The notes: generated from the sequence alone by a model not told the origin. A DNA stretch of 64,000 nucleotides from an uncultured Christensenellaceae bacterium (GCA_944376795.1 CALWDW010000001.1:8915-72914); one strand, 5' to 3'. Positions 9,461 through 18,933 are shown, counted from the first letter of the stretch. Made by a program: numbers and translations.

Positions 9461-9742
9461 GAACTGGCGGTACAGCGAGTTTACCTGAAGCCTGCCCGCC
9501 GGATGCGTGACAGCGTAAAATCCTACGAAAGACGTGCTCTTTCCCTTGGCGTGGGCCTCGTAAATTTCCCGCACACGGTCATAGTCCCGCAGGGCGAACT
9601 GTACGGATACACCACAGCCAATCGCAATTTGGTGGGGTGTATTGACAATCTCACTGGGGACGCCTTCCCGCCGAAGCACCGTCTGAAAGTACTGGACCTG
9701 CTGCCTGGATCGAAAGGCCGCCAGTCCATAGTCGCGCTGCAT
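9452..9742 (-). CDS. DUF3343-like small protein
   Basis: AAFRSRQQ...NTPHQIAIGCGVSVQF resembles the DUF3343 P-x3-GCG motif; divergent from a cysteine desulfurase. Confidence 0.65.
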   Translation of the reverse strand: MQRDYGLAAFRSRQQVQYFQTVLRREGVPSEIVNTPHQIAIGCGVSVQFALRDYDRVREIYEAHAKGKSTSFVGFYAVTHPAGRLQVNSLYRQFLQ

Positions 9743-9878
9743 GCGAATCACCTTCTTTCAAAGTTCCTCCCTTTCAGCATACGCGCCTGGACCCGGTTTG
9801 GTGCGGCACCGCAGCATACCCTGCGCATATGCTATGTATTATATACTATGCGCTACTCAGTTACAGGGAGGACCTCCT

Positions 9879-11030
9879 ATGATTTATTTAGATAACGCCG
9901 CCACCAGCTTTCCTAAACCGCCCCTTGTCTCCCGCGCCATGGCCTATGCCGTAGAGCACTGCGCCAATCCTGGTCGAAGCGGCCATGCCCCTGCCTTAGA
10001 GGCCGGACGCATCATCCTGCAAGCGAGGGAGCGCATGGCCGCCTTCTTTGGCCTGGATGACCCTATGTGCGTACTCTTTACCCTCAACTGCACGGACGCC
10101 CTCAATCTGGTCATTCAAGGTATGATTCGACCGGGCCAGCATGTAGTTACCACCAGTCTGGAGCATAATTCCGTCCTACGTCCTCTATTTCATCTCCAGC
10201 AGAGCCGAGGCATTACATGGTCGGTAGCCACCCCCGACGAAAATGGGCAGGTGCAGCCCAACCAAATTCGTCGTCTCATAACCCCTCGCACCGCCCTTGT
10301 CATTGTTACCCACGCATCCAACGTCACAGGCATCGTGCAGCCGGTTGAGGAAATTGCCAGCCTCTGTCAGGGAAAGGGGCTGCCATTGTTGGTCGACGGC
10401 GCGCAGGCAGGCGGCATACTGGATATCTCTTTACCTCGGTTGGATGCAGATTTCTATGCCTTTGCCGGGCATAAGGGGCTGCTCGGTCCCCAAGGAATAG
10501 GCGGGCTCCTTCTTGGTTCCGATCTGCGCCCTCTCCCTCTGCGCCAAGGCGGAACTGGCAGTGCCAGTTCTGAACTGTCCCAGCCCAGGGATCTTCCCGA
10601 CCTCTACGAGAGCGGCACAGCGCCAACACCGGCCATTGCAGGGCTGGGCGCTTCCCTGGAATACTTAGACCGCTTCGCCCCAGCACTGCGGCGGCACGAA
10701 TCCCATCTGACATCCGCGCTGCTGGAAGGCCTCCGCAAAATCCCTCAGGTTCACCTTCTTTCCGATCCTCCTGCCGGTATCCCTCGTGTTGGCGTCGTTT
10801 CTTTCAATCTGGGAGATATGGATTCCTCCGAGGCCGCCGACCAGCTTTGGCGACGCGGCCAAATCGCCTGCCGCAGCGGTCTGCACTGCGCCCCCTATAC
10901 CCATGCCTTCTATGGAACGGAAACCCGGGGAGCCGTCAGGCTCAGCATCGGCGCATTCAATACCCAACGGGAAATTGACGCCGCGCTTCGTGTCATCCAT
11001 AATCTAGCTCAAGAAGTTCCCTGTTCTTAA
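9879..11030 (+). CDS. Cysteine desulfurase family class V aminotransferase
   Basis: MIYLDNAATSFPKP, EHNS, VDGAQ, FAGHKGLLGPQG (PLP Lys), RSGLHCAP (catalytic Cys); GGAGG RBS. Confidence 0.92.
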   Translation: MIYLDNAATSFPKPPLVSRAMAYAVEHCANPGRSGHAPALEAGRIILQARERMAAFFGLDDPMCVLFTLNCTDALNLVIQGMIRPGQHVVTTSLEHNSVLRPLFHLQQSRGITWSVATPDENGQVQPNQIRRLITPRTALVIVTHASNVTGIVQPVEEIASLCQGKGLPLLVDGAQAGGILDISLPRLDADFYAFAGHKGLLGPQGIGGLLLGSDLRPLPLRQGGTGSASSELSQPRDLPDLYESGTAPTPAIAGLGASLEYLDRFAPALRRHESHLTSALLEGLRKIPQVHLLSDPPAGIPRVGVVSFNLGDMDSSEAADQLWRRGQIACRSGLHCAPYTHAFYGTETRGAVRLSIGAFNTQREIDAALRVIHNLAQEVPCS

Positions 11031-11175
11031 AAACTAAGTGATTGCTTACAAAACATAAGTGCGCCAGTCGGATTGCTCTCAATCCGGCCGGCGCACATCA
11101 GTCTCTATGCCATATATAAGAGATTTTCCTGGTTTTACCTTTCCATCAAATCAACATAGCCGATCCGCTAAAACA

Positions 11176-12651
11176 TTACCCCAGGGTGATGGCCAAGCAA
11201 TTCGTATAGGCTGTGGGCAGATCCTGCGGAAGCTGCACGGTCAGCACGCCAAAGGATTGGTTAAAGGGCAACTCACCCGCGCCCAGCAAGCGCACCGCCG
11301 TTACCTTCTCCTCCGGCTTCAGGCTCTTAATGACGGCAACACGGCTCTCCGGGGCCTTGAGCATGAAGGCATACAGGGTGTTCCCCTTGGTGGTGAAGCG
11401 GAAGTCCGAAGCATTCCACAGGGTCTGCTCCTCACGGAAGCCCTCAATCAGCACCTTCGTATCACCCTCTCCGGAGACACGCCAGGGCCGGGTCCCGTAG
11501 ACGCCCTCACTGCACACGGCAAACCAACCAGCCAGTTCCTGCAGAATGTAGGTGGCCTCATCGTCAATGGAGCCATCCGGCCGCTGCAGAATATTCAGCA
11601 GCATCGTGCCGTTCTTGGCAATGATATCCACCAGCATCTCGATAATATGGCCAGGACGCTTGTAGCTCTGGCGAACATCGTAAAACCAATTCCCGATGCA
11701 GGTGTCCGTCTGCCAGGGATTGGGGTTGATATCCGGCAGCTGGCTCTTTTCAATATCCAGAACGCCCACCTGGTAAATCTCCGAGCGGCGATCCTTCTGG
11801 TTGTAAACCGCATGGTTTTCCCCATACTTGCCAATGGACTTATTGTACAGGTAAGCCACAACCTCCAGCCCATCCTGGTAATCGGTATCCTTGATCTCCA
11901 CCGGACCGCTCATCGTGTGCCAGTGGGGGCCAAAAGGCAGGGAACCGTCTGAATAAAGCAGATCCGGCTCATACAAGTCGATGAGCTCCTTCATGCAGGC
12001 CTTCCAATAGGCGTGGTACTTGGGATTCGAAGTATACCAGGGCGACGCAGCCTCCGGATTCTCCGTGCCATGCTCATAGTTGTCAAAATAGAAGTCCCGA
12101 TAGGCGGGATCATTTCCATCGTAGGGAACGCCGGCATAGGGCCCGTAGGTGTCGCATCCCTTATTGACGCGCCACCAGGAGAAGGACGCGCCCATGTGCT
12201 CAGTCAGACCGAAGGGCATTCCATAACGCTCGGCTGCCTTCTTCCACAGGCCCACGATGTCCTTCATCGGCCCCACCTTGGTGGCATTCATGGGATTGAG
12301 CTGGGACGGGTAGTTAAAGAAATGGTCATGATGCATCGCCTGAGCCACAAAGTACCGGGCTCCAGCCTTGTAATACAGATCCATCAGGCCTTCCGGGTCA
12401 AAGCGCTCGGCTTTCCACATGGCGCAGATGTCCTTGTATCCCACCTTGCTGGGGTGGCCGTAGTGCCGCACATGATAGAGATACTGGGGCGTACCTTGAA
12501 TGTACATGTTCCGGGCATACCAGTCACCGAACATGGGGACGCTCTGGGGACCCCAGTGGCTCCAGATGCCGAACTTGGCATCGCGGAACCAATCGGGACA
12601 CTGGTAAGTGCGCAGGGACGCAAAACTGGGATCAAACAGCTTCTGTTGCAT
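11176..12651 (-). CDS. Alpha-L-fucosidase (GH29), no signal peptide
   Basis: PDWFRDAKFGIWSHWG, YYKAGARYFVAQAMHHD, LLYSDG nucleophile region, WQTD, KNGTMLLNI. Confidence 0.9.
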   Translation of the reverse strand: MQQKLFDPSFASLRTYQCPDWFRDAKFGIWSHWGPQSVPMFGDWYARNMYIQGTPQYLYHVRHYGHPSKVGYKDICAMWKAERFDPEGLMDLYYKAGARYFVAQAMHHDHFFNYPSQLNPMNATKVGPMKDIVGLWKKAAERYGMPFGLTEHMGASFSWWRVNKGCDTYGPYAGVPYDGNDPAYRDFYFDNYEHGTENPEAASPWYTSNPKYHAYWKACMKELIDLYEPDLLYSDGSLPFGPHWHTMSGPVEIKDTDYQDGLEVVAYLYNKSIGKYGENHAVYNQKDRRSEIYQVGVLDIEKSQLPDINPNPWQTDTCIGNWFYDVRQSYKRPGHIIEMLVDIIAKNGTMLLNILQRPDGSIDDEATYILQELAGWFAVCSEGVYGTRPWRVSGEGDTKVLIEGFREEQTLWNASDFRFTTKGNTLYAFMLKAPESRVAVIKSLKPEEKVTAVRLLGAGELPFNQSFGVLTVQLPQDLPTAYTNCLAITLG

Positions 12652-12680
12652 AAGGAATACCTCTCTTCCTTTGAGTTTAG

Positions 12681-12709
12681 TTGACAAAGGCCCAGAATAT
12701 CGTTAAAAT
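12681..12709 (+). promoter_or_regulatory. Sigma-A promoter of the LacI-family regulator
   Basis: TTGACA-17 nt-TAAAAT, followed by the operator-like sequence CAAATAACGTATTGCG. Confidence 0.7.
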
Positions 12710-12764
12710 CAGTACAAATAACGTATTGCGCCGTTCCTCTTTCGGCGTGTACCGGAGGCATCAC

Positions 12765-13778
12765 ATGGCGGCAACCTACAAGGATATCCAGAAGGAAACA
12801 GGCCTCTCCCTGTCTACCATATCCAAATACTTCAACGGCGGAAAGATGCGGGACAAAAACCGCAAAGCCATCGAAAAGGCCATCCAAAAACTAGACTTTC
12901 GCGTCAATGAATTCGCGCGGGGGCTAAAGAGCCGCCGTTCTCACACCATTGGCGTCCTAATTCCCGAGCTGATCAGCACCTTCCACACCGCTATCATCGC
13001 AGACATGGAAGAATACCTTCGAGCCAATGGCTATGGCATCATCATCTGTGACTGCCATTTGGATCGAGACCGGGAGCGAGATGCCCTGACCTTCCTCTTG
13101 GACAAAATGGTCGACGGCATTATCACCGTACCCTATGACAAACGGGGTGAACACCTGGCTCTTGCCAGGCAGCGGGAGGTTCCCGTGGTTCTCATCGACA
13201 GGCTCGCCAGCGAATTCAAGACCGATGCCGTCATCACCGACAACGAAAGCGCCGGAGAGCTGGCCGTGGGAGAGCTGGCCGCCGCCGGCCACAGACGGCT
13301 AGCCATTCTTTCCGGTCCCGATGGCATCTACACCATGAACCGCAGAATGGAGGGCTTTGTCCAAGCGCTGCAACGGCATGCGCTTCCCGTGGACTCCGAG
13401 CTTCTAATGACCACCGAGATGACAGCCGAAGGTGGCTACAATGGTCTGCGCCGGCTGATGGAGCGTCCGGATCCCCCCACCGGGCTCTTCTGCGCCAATT
13501 ATGAGATCACCCTGGGCGCTGTTATTGCCTTAAATGAAATGGGAATCCACATACCCGATCAACTCTCTTTAATCGGCATGGATAACCTTATGCTCTCCCA
13601 GCTTGTCCATCCCAAGCTCACCTTGGTCATGCAGCCGATGCAGCTAATTGCGCAGAGCGCCGCCCAGCTCATGCTGGACCGGCTCCAAGGGTCCGTACAG
13701 GCTGCCAGCAGCCGCACCGTAGAATTCCCCCTCACCTTGGTCCGGGGGGATTCCGTACAGCCTCCGGCTCTGGTATAA
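12765..13778 (+). CDS. LacI-family transcriptional regulator
   Basis: ATYKDIQKETGLSLSTISKYFN HTH, then a periplasmic-binding-like sensor domain (IGVLIPE, DG II, LSLIGMD). Confidence 0.93.
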   Translation: MAATYKDIQKETGLSLSTISKYFNGGKMRDKNRKAIEKAIQKLDFRVNEFARGLKSRRSHTIGVLIPELISTFHTAIIADMEEYLRANGYGIIICDCHLDRDRERDALTFLLDKMVDGIITVPYDKRGEHLALARQREVPVVLIDRLASEFKTDAVITDNESAGELAVGELAAAGHRRLAILSGPDGIYTMNRRMEGFVQALQRHALPVDSELLMTTEMTAEGGYNGLRRLMERPDPPTGLFCANYEITLGAVIALNEMGIHIPDQLSLIGMDNLMLSQLVHPKLTLVMQPMQLIAQSAAQLMLDRLQGSVQAASSRTVEFPLTLVRGDSVQPPALV

Positions 13779-13792
13779 CCCCTTCCCCGTTC

Positions 13793-13829
13793 CTCCATGG
13801 CTCCTGCTTGCGAGCCATGGAGTTTTTTT
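13793..13829 (+). terminator. Rho-independent terminator
   Basis: CTCCATGGCTC / GAGCCATGGAG stem followed by T7. Confidence 0.85.
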
Positions 13830-13845
13830 GTCGGGGAAGTAACCA

Positions 13846-14283
13846 CTAGGGAATTACAACGCCCTTCTTCAAAATGATGTTAGCGTACAGCGCCGTTTCC
13901 CCGGTCATAATCACCAAAGCGGCCTGCTCCTTCGTCCGGCGATAGAACTCCCACTTGTCGATTTCCTGGAAAAGCGCGTCTCCGCGGTCGTCATAGCGTG
14001 CAACGATTCGCTTGTATTCATCCCAAATCGGGGTCTCTACCGTATCCCCCTTGACCACACTCATCAGCGTAATGGGATGCTCCACATACGTATCCAAAGG
14101 AAATACCTGCAGGATCGCGTCCAGCAGCTCCGGTACGCCGTGACCGTCCATGCGAATGACCTGCTTGCCATAGGTGTGGCCAGGGAAATTGCCATCACCA
14201 ATCACCAACTCATCCGTATGCCCCATCTCACAGAGAGCCTTCAGCAATTCAGGCGACAAAATCGGCGGAATGCCTTTTAACAT
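13846..14283 (-). CDS. fucU: L-fucose mutarotase (RbsD/FucU family)
   Basis: MLKGIPPILSPELLKALCEMGHTDELVIGDGNFP, TGETALYANIILKKGV. Confidence 0.92.
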   Translation of the reverse strand: MLKGIPPILSPELLKALCEMGHTDELVIGDGNFPGHTYGKQVIRMDGHGVPELLDAILQVFPLDTYVEHPITLMSVVKGDTVETPIWDEYKRIVARYDDRGDALFQEIDKWEFYRRTKEQAALVIMTGETALYANIILKKGVVIP

Positions 14284-14286
14284 GGG

Positions 14287-15336
14287 TTACTCCTTTCCAT
14301 ATCCACCCCAGCCCGGGATGGTACCGTCTACGTCCCAAAGATCCAAATAGCTGGTAGCACCGGGCCAGAGGAAAACCTGTCCCTTAACCAAGCGGCAATT
14401 CCGCTCCGCTCCGCGCATGCGATCCATCTCGTCATAGGTTAGAGGATCTTCCATGACGCACCGGAGATTCGAAAGGTAATTCTTACGCTTGACGGTAAAA
14501 GGAATGGGAATTTGGCCGCGCTGCACCGCCCACTTGAGGCAGACCAGGGCCGGGTGGATCCCATGCTTGGCCGCAATTTCCTGCACAATGGGCTGCTCCA
14601 TATCGTTGAAATCCTCCGGCGTGCGGTCACGCTCCGGACGGTTGGGCGAACCCACGGGGCTATAGCCAATGGGTACAATGCCCTCATCCAGGCAGAATTG
14701 GTACAGTTCCCCCTGCTGGAAACAGGGATGGAGCTCCATCTCGTTGACGGCGGGACGAATCCGCACATCCTGCAGGATCCGCTTCAGCTTGGGAATGGTA
14801 ACATTGGATGTGCCGATATGCCGCACCAGCCCCATATCCACCAAGCTTTCCATTGCATGCCATGTTTCCATATATTCCTCGTGAATATATGGACGGGAAT
14901 CGGGATTGCGGACGTCTCCGTCGCAGTGCGGCGCATGGTAATTGGGGAAAGGCCAGTGAACCAGATAGCAGTCCAAATAATCAAGACGCAAATCATGTAG
15001 CGACTTCTTGCAGGCAGCCACCACATCGGCAGGAGCATGGGCATCATTCCAAACCTTCGAAAGAATAAAGAGCTCCTCCCGCGGGAGTCCCCCCTGTATT
15101 GCAGCCTGCAGCACAGCGCCGATTTCGGCTTCATCCTCATAGCAGGCGGCGCAGTCAATGTACCGGTATCCAACCCGAAGCGCCCCGGCAACCGCCTCGG
15201 CAATGGCTGCCGGCTCATAGTTGTCCGATCCGAAGGTCCCCAGGCCTATCACAGGAATCTGGGCGCCCGTATACAGGCGCCGCGTAGGAACCTTGGCCGG
15301 ATCGATGGCATCAGAATCCATGATAAATTTCTCCAT
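14287..15336 (-). CDS. Aldo/keto reductase
   Basis: GLGT, catalytic tetrad context IDCAACY / LSKVWN / LVHWP, IGTSN, NEMELHP; GGAGG RBS; 3 bp gap to fucU. Confidence 0.9.
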   Translation of the reverse strand: MEKFIMDSDAIDPAKVPTRRLYTGAQIPVIGLGTFGSDNYEPAAIAEAVAGALRVGYRYIDCAACYEDEAEIGAVLQAAIQGGLPREELFILSKVWNDAHAPADVVAACKKSLHDLRLDYLDCYLVHWPFPNYHAPHCDGDVRNPDSRPYIHEEYMETWHAMESLVDMGLVRHIGTSNVTIPKLKRILQDVRIRPAVNEMELHPCFQQGELYQFCLDEGIVPIGYSPVGSPNRPERDRTPEDFNDMEQPIVQEIAAKHGIHPALVCLKWAVQRGQIPIPFTVKRKNYLSNLRCVMEDPLTYDEMDRMRGAERNCRLVKGQVFLWPGATSYLDLWDVDGTIPGWGGYGKE

Positions 15337-15355
15337 GCGTTCCTCCATCCAAGCA

Positions 15356-15405
15356 AAAATGAAACGTTTCTTTTTTATAATACCAACCCTGCATACCTTT
15401 GTCAA
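15356..15405 (-). promoter_or_regulatory. Sigma-A promoter plus LacI-type operator of the AKR-fucU operon
   Basis: TTGACA-17 nt-TATTAT; directly downstream lies the near-perfect palindrome AAAATGAAACGTTTCTTTTT (core GAAACGTTTC at 15361-15370). Confidence 0.75.
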
Positions 15406-15521
15406 GTGGCATATTGAGAATTTGATCTTGATCATCTCTGTCTCAACAGCATTTTATAAACGTCGGAAAATTCATGAATTTTGCTATCTATGCCAACCCA
15501 AAGAGCATTGAAATAATATTG

Positions 15522-15560
15522 TGTGCCGAAAGAGTGGGCGTTGCCCTCTCTTTCGGCACA
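15522..15560 (-). terminator. Terminator-like hairpin after the beta-helix gene
   Basis: 13-bp stem TGTGCCGAAAGAG / CTCTTTCGGCACA; weak U-tract. Confidence 0.6.
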
Positions 15561-15575
15561 CAACATATAGGTCTC

Positions 15576-17126
15576 CTAACGTACGGCGCCAATTATAGGA
15601 ATCTCCACCTGCCGCCCAAAAAAGTCCAGTCCACCGTTCTCAGGAATCTCTACTCCTGTACCCAAGCAAGGTGAATCCTCCAGTAGACGGTAATCCTCGG
15701 GGCCCGTATGCAGCCTTTCATGCGCCGGATTCACAAAGCCTGGTTCTCCGATAACTGCCTCGGGATCATCAGGTGCATTGACATTGACGTAGCAGTTAGC
15801 CCGGTAGCGCGCCGTAGGATTCCATTGGACCTGCGTGGGCTCACGGAAGTAGAAAATATTATTGGTAAAGGTCCATGTGTGGTTATCATAGGGTGAGCGG
15901 AAGGGGGTAGTCTCCTCGATTCCAAGATAAAAAGTGTTGTTATAAATGTCGGTTCCCTCGTTATCGTGGATCCAGATCAGCCCGCTATGGTCATTCTGGC
16001 TGATATTGTAGCGGATCACGTTATTCCACGTGCGGTTCATCAGCAGCAAAAAACCGCCTTCGTTGTCATGGCTGTAATTGTACTGCAGCAGGGTATCATG
16101 GCAAGAAAGATCCACATCGAAAGCCTGTCCATCCATTACCCCGTGGGTAAAGCAAACCTCATTGTATTGGATAACCGTTCCATCCGCATTGTGCGGCCAA
16201 ACCGCAGCATTGGCCCCAATTCTCATCTCTTCACAGGCATGCTCCACATAGTTGCGCTCAATCAACGCCCCGATGGTGCTATTGACAAGGATTGCATCTC
16301 CTGCGGTATGGGCTACCCGGCAGCCGCGGATTACCAGCCCCGTACTGCCCGTCCACGGTCCCACCGTGGTGTGATAGAAGTTGGCAGTTTCCGCCAGATC
16401 CCCAGGGTAGTCTGTCCCCCGCCCCTCGGCCCACTGGCTCCAGACCGATATTCCTGTGCGGTCAATGCGCTCCACCGTGCAGTTCTCAATCCGTACGTCT
16501 TCAAAATGGGTAGGCACCCGTCCCCGGGTGGGTTTCTCCGTCAGATCCGCGCCCTCAGCCCCCGTGCAAACCACCAAAATGCCTTCTGCATCAAATCGCT
16601 GCATTTCACCGTTGACGTCGTGGATATCCAGCCCCGACAGGTGGACATGCCGCCCCGTGCCATAGTTATCCCAACGCACCAGCACGCCGTATCGGTAGCG
16701 GTTCCTGGGAGACGGAATGGGCACATTCTGTCCGCCGTCAGGGGTCATGTAGGCAAATGCCTGGTGGTAAAAGGGATTGTAATTGGTGATATCCAGATCC
16801 TGGATCTCCCAGTAGTCCTGGTTAAAGAGCACCAGGGCCGCACCATCCAGGTATCGGCCCTCCCGTGTGCCATGGGTCCCGCCCGCATCGATACGCGGCT
16901 TAGCGCCCTGCCCATACCGTCCGATCCGGATAGGCCGCTCTGGACTTCCGCTTCCCTTCGGCCAAAGCTGGCCCGCATAGGTACAGTCCGCACGAAAGAG
17001 GAGTGTGTCCCCCGGTGCGAAGCGGACCGCATTCACCCTCTCCAGCGTCTTCCAAGGCGTCTCCGGCGTCAGCCCTAGGTTCTCATCATTGCCGCGAACC
17101 GCATCGACATAATAAGTCCTATTCAT
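15576..17126 (-). CDS. Right-handed parallel beta-helix protein (pectin-lyase-like fold), putative carbohydrate-active enzyme
   Basis: YYVDAVRGNDENLG...PWKTL...PGD N-terminus, Asn-ladder repeats (IENCTV, IERNYV, IQYNEV, LQYNYSHDN, IRYNIS, IYNNTF, FTNNIF); own promoter TTGCCA-17-TATACT. Confidence 0.75.
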   Translation of the reverse strand: MNRTYYVDAVRGNDENLGLTPETPWKTLERVNAVRFAPGDTLLFRADCTYAGQLWPKGSGSPERPIRIGRYGQGAKPRIDAGGTHGTREGRYLDGAALVLFNQDYWEIQDLDITNYNPFYHQAFAYMTPDGGQNVPIPSPRNRYRYGVLVRWDNYGTGRHVHLSGLDIHDVNGEMQRFDAEGILVVCTGAEGADLTEKPTRGRVPTHFEDVRIENCTVERIDRTGISVWSQWAEGRGTDYPGDLAETANFYHTTVGPWTGSTGLVIRGCRVAHTAGDAILVNSTIGALIERNYVEHACEEMRIGANAAVWPHNADGTVIQYNEVCFTHGVMDGQAFDVDLSCHDTLLQYNYSHDNEGGFLLLMNRTWNNVIRYNISQNDHSGLIWIHDNEGTDIYNNTFYLGIEETTPFRSPYDNHTWTFTNNIFYFREPTQVQWNPTARYRANCYVNVNAPDDPEAVIGEPGFVNPAHERLHTGPEDYRLLEDSPCLGTGVEIPENGGLDFFGRQVEIPIIGAVR

Positions 17127-17234
17127 CTGGATTCCTCCTTTCCCGGAATGGCATGCAGTATAGCATACGCACTCCATCATGGCAAGAGGATCGTCGTCAC
17201 GAGGAGCTGTGAAATCCGTCTTTTTCCAGCGCCG

Positions 17235-17537
17235 CTAAGACAGTTGCATTTGCGCCAGGATATCCTGGAGCCGCTTCTTTTGTGCGTCATCCAAGACAGG
17301 CATCAGCCTCTCCAAAGAGGCGGCCAATTGGCCGGACTGGATGCTGGACTGCACGCTTGGATCGCCCCGCATACGAAGCAGCTCCTGGAAAAGCTGCGCT
17401 TCGCTCATACCCTGGTAGTTCTTCATCCGCTGGTCTGCGTCCTGTACCGCTTTGCTAATTTGCGGATCCCGCAAAAGCTCTTCTCTACTTTTGCTCTTTA
17501 CCAAATCCTGCAAACTTTTTCCCCTACGACCGGCCAT
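17235..17537 (-). CDS. Hypothetical small helical protein
   Basis: AAGGAGG RBS plus ATG; Gln/Leu-rich 100 aa; no recognised family. Confidence 0.65.
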   Translation of the reverse strand: MAGRRGKSLQDLVKSKSREELLRDPQISKAVQDADQRMKNYQGMSEAQLFQELLRMRGDPSVQSSIQSGQLAASLERLMPVLDDAQKKRLQDILAQMQLS

Positions 17538-17647
17538 GTCAATCCCTCCTTTATGTAGCATTGTATGTACTGGCAGGTAAAAAAGTTTCAATTTTTCCCC
17601 GCGCTGCATAGAATACTAGTACCAGAATGCTTAAGGGGGTTGGATGG

Positions 17648-18187
17648 ATGGCAAGAGGCGGAATGGGACTCCCTGATCCCCATGCGCTGCATCATTTCCT
17701 GCGCACGCTGTCGCCGGTTATGGAGGAGCCGCTTTCATCCCAGATGCGAAGATGGGAGCATCTATGCGCTGCCATGGAGGAACTAAAATTGGTCCGGTAC
17801 AGCGTTCCATCTCCCGAGGAGGTCACCATGAACGAACTTGAACAGCAGTCTACCGCCCGCGCCAACCGCCCAATTAAGCTTATGTGCGCTCTCTGTGAAG
17901 GCGGCTTCATACCACAGGAAAGCCCCTTATACCGTATGAGCCAGGCCTTTCGCCAGCTTGAGAAGTTTCAAAGCCAAGGAGCTTCCATCCTGATGGATGG
18001 CAAAGGCTGGGAGGCTCTGGGATCCCTCTCCAATCTCGCAGGAAGCAAGGACGTATCCCCAGCGGCGTTCCAACCGCCGGCAGCCGATCTGCTGCAGACT
18101 ATCAACCAAGCCCTTTCTCAAATGGACGAGGGCCGCAGGCAGCGTCTGGTCCAAACTGCTCAACAGATTCTGGCTTCCGGGCATTAG
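17648..18187 (+). CDS. Hypothetical protein
   Basis: Open frame with G-rich RBS, divergent from the 100-aa gene; no recognised family; start could be 17627. Confidence 0.6.
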   Translation: MARGGMGLPDPHALHHFLRTLSPVMEEPLSSQMRRWEHLCAAMEELKLVRYSVPSPEEVTMNELEQQSTARANRPIKLMCALCEGGFIPQESPLYRMSQAFRQLEKFQSQGASILMDGKGWEALGSLSNLAGSKDVSPAAFQPPAADLLQTINQALSQMDEGRRQRLVQTAQQILASGH

Positions 18188-18324
18188 CCCATCCATAATC
18201 TCCCATATGGCCGTCAGCCATGGCTTCTTCCGATTCCCCGTTTCCCAAGTGCGGAGAGTCTCTTCTCGCAAAGCAACGGCAGCGCGTTCTCCTACGCGCT
18301 GCCGTTGCTGTATACCACCGGTAC

Positions 18325-18933
18325 TTACGCTGGAACCTGGTAGATACCCAGAGGCGTCACGAATACGCCTTCCCCGTCCTGGATACGCCACAAATACAGC
18401 CCAGTCTCCTGCTCATAGGCTGCAATTCGTTCCTCCAAATGTTCAAACTTCTCCTGGTATCTCCCGTAGTGAGGAAAGATATCAACCGGGCTTATTCCCA
18501 GGCCATGCAGCCCGCGTAACCCAATTCCCTCATTCATCTCCGGCGTAAAAACCTCCACAATTCCAATGCTTCGGCCCAATACCAAACTGCCTGCGCTGGC
18601 GCCCATAACCAATTTCTCCTGGGCCATCCGTTGAAAAAGCGGCCCGCAATTTCTACGCCGAAGCTGATCCAGCAAGTAATACGGATTCCCTCCCAATAAG
18701 AATACAGCGTCAAACTTCTCCAAAGCCTGTGGATCCTGTGACTGTATGTCAAAGAAGATGACCCGCAAACCCATGGTCTCCAATTGTTCTGTAATGACCG
18801 GAACCTGCCAGTCCTTTTCCCGATAGGGAGAAGCTGTTGGAATCAGCGCAGCAGTATGCATTCCCCTTGCGGCGGCGCTGGCCGCCTCCATAAGCGCCGG
18901 GGAGGTTATTCCATTGGAGGTAAGTATCAGCAA
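18325..18933 (-). CDS. Peptidase E / type 1 glutamine amidotransferase-like (S51)
   Basis: LILTSNG, FLLGGNPYYLL, GASAGS nucleophile elbow, FPHY; GGAGG RBS before a TTG start. Confidence 0.85.
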   Translation of the reverse strand: MLILTSNGITSPALMEAASAAARGMHTAALIPTASPYREKDWQVPVITEQLETMGLRVIFFDIQSQDPQALEKFDAVFLLGGNPYYLLDQLRRRNCGPLFQRMAQEKLVMGASAGSLVLGRSIGIVEVFTPEMNEGIGLRGLHGLGISPVDIFPHYGRYQEKFEHLEERIAAYEQETGLYLWRIQDGEGVFVTPLGIYQVPA

